Positions 57,744 to 64,000 of a stretch of 64,000 bases of DNA are shown in pieces. Within the stretch, counting starts at the first letter, position 1. Every line of letters starts with the position of its first letter. The DNA lies in IMG/VR virus record IMGVR_UViG_3300044631_000812, positions 1,114 to 65,113 of that record; one strand, 5' to 3'. Source of the DNA: a virus. Taxonomy: Duplodnaviria > Caudoviricetes. The translations under genes and the position numbers were made by a program. A model generated the notes under the pieces. That model was not told the origin of the DNA and did no database searches. It saw only the letters and a list, made by a program, of their open reading frames with translations.

Positions 57744-58375
57744 TGGCATATATAGAGCATAACTTTTTCCCTTTAAAAGTATTCGTTAGAAATGAGTACA
57801 TGTATCAACACCAAAAAGGGCAAGGAGATTTTACACCTGGCGTTATAATGTCGGTAAGATGTATGCCTGGGCAGGCGGCGTTATTCCAAGTTCTACTAGA
57901 TAACGGAGTAATGCGTGATAAGTTACCAAGTCATGCCTTACTTACTGAACCAAAGACACCAGATCCAGATCTACCTTTTCACTTCTTACAGATATGGAAC
58001 TGTTTTTCTTATAACTTCACCTTATTACATTTGTCTTATGTATACGATACAAAGGTAGAGGTGTATATGAAAGACCACGAGTTCTACCCAGGTAGTTATT
58101 ATGCCACCATTAACTGGGGAGCTAATGACTTAAATACTGACCTATCGTTAGCAGAGGATGCCTTAGAGCACAAGAGTCATCACATTATTCTACTTGACAA
58201 TGGTCAAATAGCCCTTCAGCCAAACAATCGTATTAAGTGGTCTGAGCCATCATTTGTCACGAAGCCTTTTCCAGAGCGTCCTGATTATTTAGTTAATACA
58301 GACTACTACAATTGCGAAGGCTTTGATAAGTGGCACACAGAAGACTCTGATCGTATGTTCTACGATAATGAATAA
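57743..58375 (+). CDS. Conserved phage protein of unknown function
   Basis: VR.EY.Y, LP.HA, Q.WNCFS and HK..H...LDNG..A.QPNNR.W. Confidence 0.7.
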   Translation: MAYIEHNFFPLKVFVRNEYMYQHQKGQGDFTPGVIMSVRCMPGQAALFQVLLDNGVMRDKLPSHALLTEPKTPDPDLPFHFLQIWNCFSYNFTLLHLSYVYDTKVEVYMKDHEFYPGSYYATINWGANDLNTDLSLAEDALEHKSHHIILLDNGQIALQPNNRIKWSEPSFVTKPFPERPDYLVNTDYYNCEGFDKWHTEDSDRMFYDNE

Positions 58376-58388
58376 ATAAAATAATTAT

Positions 58389-58396
58389 TAACTTTG
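58389..58396 (+). promoter_or_regulatory. TAACTTTG promoter for the scaffold-capsid operon
   Basis: TAnnTTTG in an AT-rich intergenic region. Confidence 0.65.
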
Positions 58397-58411
58397 TCAA
58401 AATTAAATTAA

Positions 58412-59530
58412 ATGGAAAATGAATTCAAAGTAAGGTCTGTAGATTTCGAAGAGAAATCTGTAGCCGAAAAAGAAGCAGCGCTTCTTGAAGGATTAGAGGA
58501 TCACTCTGGTGATAATGATACTGTAAAGATTGACTTAGCAGACGAACCACCAGTTGAGACAGTAGTAGATGATAATCCACCACAAGAGGTGGATTTAGAT
58601 GATAATAAAGTTCTTTCATATCTAGGAAAAAGATGGAACAAAGAGATCACATCTTTAGATGAGTTAGTTGAGCAGCGATCACAAGCTGAAGAACTACCTG
58701 AAGATGTCTCTGCGTTTCTAAAGTATAAGAAAGATACCGGGCGTGGTATTGAAGACTTCATGAAGTTGAATGTCGACTACAGCGCCATGGATGAAGATTC
58801 TTTGCTTTACCAATACCACAAAGAACAGAACCCTGAGCTTGATGCTGATGAGGTTAAGTTCGAGCTTGAGTCTAAGTATTCATATGATGAAGACTTTGAT
58901 GATGAGAAGCACATTAAAAAGGTAAAGCTAGAACGTAAAAAAGAGCTGACTAAGGCTCGTGACTACTTTAATAAACTAAAAGAACAGTACAAAGCGCCGC
59001 TTGAGTCAAGGGATGCTTTTGTTCCGGCAGAAGAAAAAGAAGCTTACGAATCTTACAAGCAATATAAACAAGCCGCAACTAGCGAGCAAGAGGAGCAAAC
59101 AAAGCGGTCTCAGTTTTTTGCTGACAAGACTAGTGAGTTGTTTTCTGATAAGTTTGAAGGTTTCAAATTTACAATTGACGAAGACAAAGCGCTAACCTAT
59201 AAACCAGCAGAAGCTAAGTCACTTCTTGAGGAGCAGTCTTCACTAAAGAACTTTGTAAATAAGTTCTTAAACGAAGATGGTTACCTAAAGGATGCTGAGT
59301 TATTCCATCGAGCAATAGCGATTGCTTCGAACCCTGATAAGTTTGCAAAGTTCTTTTATGAGAAGGGAATGGCAGACACAGTTGATACAGTCTCTAAGGA
59401 GTCAAAAAATATCGACATGGTGCGCCAATCTACTCAGATGACTAAGAAAACCGACGGTGGTTTCAAAGTAAGAGCTGTAGAGCCTAGTTACGGTAACAGA
59501 TTAGTTATTAAACAAAAACCTAAAAACTAG
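58412..59530 (+). CDS. Putative capsid scaffolding protein
   Basis: Acidic, coiled-coil, directly upstream of the capsid gene. Confidence 0.65.
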   Translation: MENEFKVRSVDFEEKSVAEKEAALLEGLEDHSGDNDTVKIDLADEPPVETVVDDNPPQEVDLDDNKVLSYLGKRWNKEITSLDELVEQRSQAEELPEDVSAFLKYKKDTGRGIEDFMKLNVDYSAMDEDSLLYQYHKEQNPELDADEVKFELESKYSYDEDFDDEKHIKKVKLERKKELTKARDYFNKLKEQYKAPLESRDAFVPAEEKEAYESYKQYKQAATSEQEEQTKRSQFFADKTSELFSDKFEGFKFTIDEDKALTYKPAEAKSLLEEQSSLKNFVNKFLNEDGYLKDAELFHRAIAIASNPDKFAKFFYEKGMADTVDTVSKESKNIDMVRQSTQMTKKTDGGFKVRAVEPSYGNRLVIKQKPKN

Positions 59531-59535
59531 AAAAA

Positions 59536-60969
59536 ATGGCTGGTACATTAAATGCATCTCCGGGCCCATTATTGACCCCGAGCTCTGTAAAGGCAGCATT
59601 GCCTACAAACTACATCACAAATTTTGATTTCTTGAATCAATATTTGCCTGACACTTACGAGCAAGAATTTGAGCGTTACGGTAACCGTTCAATCGCATCT
59701 TTCTTGCGTATGGTAGGTGCAGAACTTCCTACTAACTCTGACCTTATCAAATGGGCAGAACAAGGTCGTCTTCACACAAAATACACTAACGTTGTTCCTG
59801 CATCTGCAGCAGCATCTGACACAGCTACATTCAACATGCCAGCGGCTACTGTATGTAACTTCCGTGTAAACCAAACTGTATTCTTGTCTTCACAGACAAT
59901 TGCTGCTAACTCAGCTAAAGCTGTTATTAGTGCTGTTGCTGCTGACGGATCTACATTTACAGTTAAGTTCTACAACGCTTCTGGTTCACCATTTACAATT
60001 ACAACTGAGCTTGTAACTGCATTTGTTTACGGATCTGAATTCGGTAAAGGAACTAGCGGTATGAGTGGTTCTTTGGAAGCACAAGACCTTTTCTTCGACA
60101 ACAAGCCAATCATCATTAAAGACAAGTACACTGTCTCTGGTTCTGACATGGCTCAAGTTGGTTGGGTTGAAGTAACTACTGAGAACGGCGCTACTGGTTA
60201 CTACTGGTATTTAAAATCCGAGCATGAGACTCGTCTACGTTACGAAGATTATCTTGAGATGTCAATGGTAGAAGGTGTTAAAGCTGAAACTGGTTCTGAT
60301 GCATTAGCTTACCTTTCTCCATCTACAGCTGCTGCTCCTGGATCTACTGCTGGTACAACTGCTGCTGGTACTCAAGGTATGTTTGCTGCTATTGAATCTC
60401 GTGGTAACGTTTGGGCAGGTGGTAACCCATCTTCTTTAGGTGACTTCGATACAATCGTACAACGTCTTGACAAGCAAGGTGCTATCGCTGAGAACGTATT
60501 GTTCTTAAACCGTCAGTTCTCTTTTGACATCGACGATATGTTGGCTGCTCAGAACTCTTACGGTGCTGGTGGTACTTCTTACGGTTTGTTTGACAACAGC
60601 GAAGAAATGGCCCTTAACCTTGGTTTCTCTGGATTCCGTCGTGGTTATGAGTTTTACAAGACTGATTGGAAATACCTTAACGATGCAACCCTTCGTGGTG
60701 GTCTTGTTGGTGGTGCTATCAACGGTGTCTTGGTTCCTGCTGGTACAATGAGCGTTTACGATCAAGTACTTGGTAAGAATGCAAAACGTCCATTCCTTCA
60801 CGTTCGTTACCGTGCTTCTGAAGCTGAAAATCGTCGTTACAAAACTTGGATGACTGGTTCTGCCGGTGGTGCACAGACTAGCGACTTGGATGCTATGGAG
60901 GTCAACTTCTTGTCAGAGCGTGCGCTTTGTACAATGGGTGCTAACAACTTCTTCATCTTCAAAGGATAA
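59536..60969 (+). CDS. Major capsid protein
   Basis: 477 aa, strongly biased codons, WAEQGRLH and LSER.LC..GANNF; followed by a terminator. Confidence 0.85.
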   Translation: MAGTLNASPGPLLTPSSVKAALPTNYITNFDFLNQYLPDTYEQEFERYGNRSIASFLRMVGAELPTNSDLIKWAEQGRLHTKYTNVVPASAAASDTATFNMPAATVCNFRVNQTVFLSSQTIAANSAKAVISAVAADGSTFTVKFYNASGSPFTITTELVTAFVYGSEFGKGTSGMSGSLEAQDLFFDNKPIIIKDKYTVSGSDMAQVGWVEVTTENGATGYYWYLKSEHETRLRYEDYLEMSMVEGVKAETGSDALAYLSPSTAAAPGSTAGTTAAGTQGMFAAIESRGNVWAGGNPSSLGDFDTIVQRLDKQGAIAENVLFLNRQFSFDIDDMLAAQNSYGAGGTSYGLFDNSEEMALNLGFSGFRRGYEFYKTDWKYLNDATLRGGLVGGAINGVLVPAGTMSVYDQVLGKNAKRPFLHVRYRASEAENRRYKTWMTGSAGGAQTSDLDAMEVNFLSERALCTMGANNFFIFKG

Positions 60970-60984
60970 GAAGACCAATAATAC

Positions 60985-61016
60985 GAGAGGGGTTACGACC
61001 CCTCTCTATTTTTTTT
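60985..61016 (+). terminator. Rho-independent terminator
   Basis: GAGAGGGGT-tacg-ACCCCTCTC followed by T tract. Confidence 0.85.
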
Positions 61017-61036
61017 AATAATTTAAATTATATCAA

Positions 61037-61801
61037 ATGAACAGAGTAAAACTAGAGCCTAAGGATAGGACATATTTATTAAAGTTGCAAGAAGCTCCAC
61101 TGAGCTACTACATTGCACACAAAGACACTCCTCGCAAGCGTTTGCTTTATTACGATGAAGAAACCAACGCTAATCATCCGTTAAGATATGCGAGAAATTC
61201 AAGAAGCCCATTTCAAGATGATCAAGACGCCAACGTAATTGTTGAGCCAATTGTATTTGAGGATGGTGTTCTTACAGTTCCAAAAAGCAACCCAGTATTA
61301 CAAGAATTCTTACATTACCATCCAGGTAACGGTACTGAATTTTATGAGTTTGATGCTGAGCGTGATGCACAAGAAGACGTACAAGAGTTATTCTCTGAGA
61401 TTGATGCGTTATTACTTGCGCGTGATTTAGCTGACAAAGACTTAAGTACCCTCGAAGCAATTGCTAGATTGGTATTAAACGGTAACGTTGATCTAATGAG
61501 CTCTGCTGAGATTAAGCGTGACATGATGTTGTTTGCTAAGAGATATCCTCAAGATTTCATGGAAGCCGCATCTGATCCACTTTTAAAAGTGAATAACATG
61601 GCTGCTCGTGCATTCTCTACAGGTTACTTTACATTCCGTGGAAACAAAGACATCCACTTTAACCTAAAAGACAATAAGAAGCGTTTAATGACCGTTCCAT
61701 TTGGGCATGATCATATCCACGCGCTAGCGTCTCACTTACAATCAGATGAAGGTATAGAGCTATTCAAATTCCTTGAAGAAAAGTTTTCAGGAAATGATTA
61801 A
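61037..61801 (+). CDS. Conserved hypothetical protein after the capsid gene
   Basis: LRYARN..SPF.D.Q..I.FEDG.L.VP..N..LQ.FL..HP. Confidence 0.7.
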   Translation: MNRVKLEPKDRTYLLKLQEAPLSYYIAHKDTPRKRLLYYDEETNANHPLRYARNSRSPFQDDQDANVIVEPIVFEDGVLTVPKSNPVLQEFLHYHPGNGTEFYEFDAERDAQEDVQELFSEIDALLLARDLADKDLSTLEAIARLVLNGNVDLMSSAEIKRDMMLFAKRYPQDFMEAASDPLLKVNNMAARAFSTGYFTFRGNKDIHFNLKDNKKRLMTVPFGHDHIHALASHLQSDEGIELFKFLEEKFSGND

Positions 61802-61954
61802 TTTTTTATATGATAGTAACAAATAATATTATATATTTGTTACTTCTAATTTAGTCATTGGAAACAGAAGTAATGGGGTATCAGGTAAGATCGATATCCC
61901 TTTATTTTTTTTGATTAACTTTGAGCATTGTTTAACCCATTAAATTTTTAGAAA

Positions 61955-62239
61955 ATGGAAAAGTTTTTATCTATCCCAGTTACAGACGCTGGAAATCAGT
62001 TAGTATCTGCTAACAATGTAATCTTAGTTGAAGCAGGATCTGATTCTGCAACTGCTACTACTACATTAATTACTTATGCAGGTGGTAAAGTTGTTACTCT
62101 TACTCATGCTGCTCAAGTTGCTCTTAGCATGCGCAATGCAATCCAATCTGCAATTGCTGCTGCTTTACAAACATCTTGGACAAATACTGTTTATGACGTA
62201 ACTGTTCCTCAAGCTGTTAGTGACATTGATGTAGCTTAA
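61955..62239 (+). CDS. Small structural (decoration-like) protein
   Basis: 94 aa, Ala/Thr-rich, biased codons, own promoter (TAACTTTG near 61916) and terminator. Confidence 0.6.
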   Translation: MEKFLSIPVTDAGNQLVSANNVILVEAGSDSATATTTLITYAGGKVVTLTHAAQVALSMRNAIQSAIAAALQTSWTNTVYDVTVPQAVSDIDVA

Positions 62240-62260
62240 TCTAAAGCTAACTACTACTAA

Positions 62261-62290
62261 AAGGGCACTTCTAATGGAGTGCCTTTTTTT
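62261..62290 (+). terminator. Rho-independent terminator
   Basis: GGCACTTC-taat-GGAGTGCC followed by T tract. Confidence 0.8.
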
Positions 62291-62316
62291 ATTTATCTTT
62301 GTACAAAAGCAGTCAG

Positions 62317-63015
62317 ATGATCAATGACGTTCGAAATACAGTACTTTCTATAATCAGTAAGGATAACCGTGGCTTTATTACGCCATTGGAATTCAACCAA
62401 TTTGCTAAGCAGGCACAGCTTGAGATTTTTGGGCAGTACATGTTTAATTACAGCAATGCAATCAATAAGCAGAACGCTAGAATGCATGGAGAGGGATATA
62501 CCGATATTCCTAAAAATATGGCCGAAGTTATAGATTCATTTTCTGTATTCACAGGTCTAACCTATAATAACGGTACAAACAAATTCAATTTACCTGTCGA
62601 TTACTTTTTCTTAGAAAAGGTAATATACAACAACAGTAAAGAGGTAGAAAAGGTTAGTCATCGTAAGATATTAAACCTAGTAAACTCAAACCTAACCGCT
62701 CCAAGTACCGCTTATCCGGTATACACAATGGATGAGAATGGTATATTGGTTTACCCTACTACAATAACTACAAACGTAACTAGTCAGTACTTAAGATACC
62801 CAAGAGATCCACAGTGGACTTACACTGTAAACGGACTTGGAGATCCGTTCTTTAATCCAAACGACTCTAACTACGTAGACTTTGAGCTACCACTCGATGA
62901 CTTTGCTAACCTGGTTATAAAGATCCTCGAATACTCTGGTATATCAATTGGAGATAAAGATATCGTATCGGCAGCTAAAGCTGAAGAAGTACAAGACATT
63001 CAACAAAAACAATAA
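62317..63015 (+). CDS. Tail tubular/ring (head-tail adaptor) protein
   Basis: V..TVL.I..K.NRG.ITP.EFN.FA.QAQ and YLR.P..P.W; ATG 62317 follows TATCTTTG (62294-62301). Confidence 0.7.
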   Translation: MINDVRNTVLSIISKDNRGFITPLEFNQFAKQAQLEIFGQYMFNYSNAINKQNARMHGEGYTDIPKNMAEVIDSFSVFTGLTYNNGTNKFNLPVDYFFLEKVIYNNSKEVEKVSHRKILNLVNSNLTAPSTAYPVYTMDENGILVYPTTITTNVTSQYLRYPRDPQWTYTVNGLGDPFFNPNDSNYVDFELPLDDFANLVIKILEYSGISIGDKDIVSAAKAEEVQDIQQKQ

Positions 63016-63923
63016 TGGCATATATTACTAACTATCAGTACTATACCAATAATGGTAACATTCCTGAGGACGCTAATTGGGGGTCTTATCAGTACGTCAG
63101 TTTAGCTGACATCGTCAATAACTTTATATTGATGTATGTTGGTAATGACAAGTTGGTTAATAATGTCGACAGATATACTGTTCTATTTCACGCAAAGAGG
63201 GCGATACAAGAGCTTAACTACGACGCACTTAGAAATATTAAAGTTCTTGAGTTTGAGCTAGGCGATCAATTAAAGATGGTATTGCCTCCTGACTATGTAA
63301 ACTATGCAAGGATATCAATGCTCCGAAATGGTGTCTTATATCCGCTTACAGAGGCTCGTCAGAGCATTACAGCTACAGCGTACTTACAAGATAACAATGG
63401 TGACATTGTGTTTGACTCAAATGGTGAGGTTGTTGTAGGTGAAGCTAAGTTAGACATACTACGTCAACAGAATCAATTATACGTAGGCCCTGGTCCATAC
63501 TATAACCAAATGGGATGGGAATATGAGGGTGAGTGGTACTTTGGTTATCCTATCGCTAATAACTTTGGTTTAGAGACAGCTGATGCAAATATAAACCCAA
63601 GATTCTTTGTCAATAAAGCAGCTGGCGTGATTGACTTTACATCTGGTGTTCAGCATGCATATATTGTTCTTGAATACATTTCAGATGGCATGGAAAACGG
63701 TGATGACTCTCTTATCACAATCAACAAACTTGCTGAGGAATACGTTTACGCTTACTTAAAGTATGCCCTACTTAACAATAAGTTTGGCGTTCAAGAATAC
63801 ATCGTGAATAGAGTTAAGAAAGAAAAGACAGCTCTACTTAGAAATACTAAAATTAGATTAAGTAACATGCATCCTGGTCGATTGCTTATGGCTATGAGAG
63901 GCAAGGATAAATGGATTAAATAG
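63015..63923 (+). CDS. Structural (adaptor/ring) protein
   Basis: FHAKRAIQEL.YD, LPPDYVNY and LEYISDG. Confidence 0.7.
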   Translation: MAYITNYQYYTNNGNIPEDANWGSYQYVSLADIVNNFILMYVGNDKLVNNVDRYTVLFHAKRAIQELNYDALRNIKVLEFELGDQLKMVLPPDYVNYARISMLRNGVLYPLTEARQSITATAYLQDNNGDIVFDSNGEVVVGEAKLDILRQQNQLYVGPGPYYNQMGWEYEGEWYFGYPIANNFGLETADANINPRFFVNKAAGVIDFTSGVQHAYIVLEYISDGMENGDDSLITINKLAEEYVYAYLKYALLNNKFGVQEYIVNRVKKEKTALLRNTKIRLSNMHPGRLLMAMRGKDKWIK

Positions 63924-64000
63924 ATGGAGTTTCAAAGAACATTTCTTGCCGGTAGGATGAACAAAGATCTCGACGAGAGATTAGTACCGGACGGTGAATA
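63924..64000 (+). CDS. Tail stabilisation protein N-terminus (3' partial)
   Basis: MEFQRTFLAGRMNKDLDERLVPDGE. Confidence 0.75.
   Translation, partial: MEFQRTFLAGRMNKDLDERLVPDGE

Noticed and set aside
1-64000. Stop-codon recoding as in some crAss-like phages
   Set aside because: Genes are full length and densely packed under code 11; TAG and TGA act as normal stops.

Overview
Nearly complete, circularly permuted genome of a tailed (probably podovirus-like) phage of a Bacteroidota/Flavobacteria host. The last 77 nt encode the N-terminus (MEFQRTFLAGRMNKDLDERLVPDGE) of the tail stabilisation protein whose middle is at position 1. There are two divergent arms. The minus-strand arm (about 20.0-38.2 kb) carries early/replication genes: phosphoesterase, HNH, VRR-NUC, an SF2 helicase fractured by a split intein with a free-standing DUF559/Vsr-like endonuclease, primase-helicase, DUF3127 SSB, exonuclease, RadC and an iteron-like origin. 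The plus-strand arm (38.7 kb to the end, then 1-20 kb) carries GroEL/GroES, small basic proteins, spike/fibre genes, lysis genes, an intein-containing terminase, portal, scaffold, capsid, tail proteins and a 3405-aa polyvalent-type protein. Host-type TAnnTTTG promoters recur, several placed for leaderless mRNAs. No DNA or RNA polymerase, tRNA or CRISPR was seen. Most notable: (1) a mucin-like poly-Thr virion protein coupled to an HPAT/SERGT1-like protein O-glycosyltransferase, inserted inside the split tail stabilisation gene; (2) small genes apparently overprinted in the +1 frame of the giant gene; (3) a split intein in the helicase; (4) a roughly 500-nt structured non-coding leader and recurring kissing-loop RNA elements. 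All family assignments are by eye from motifs; no searches were run.
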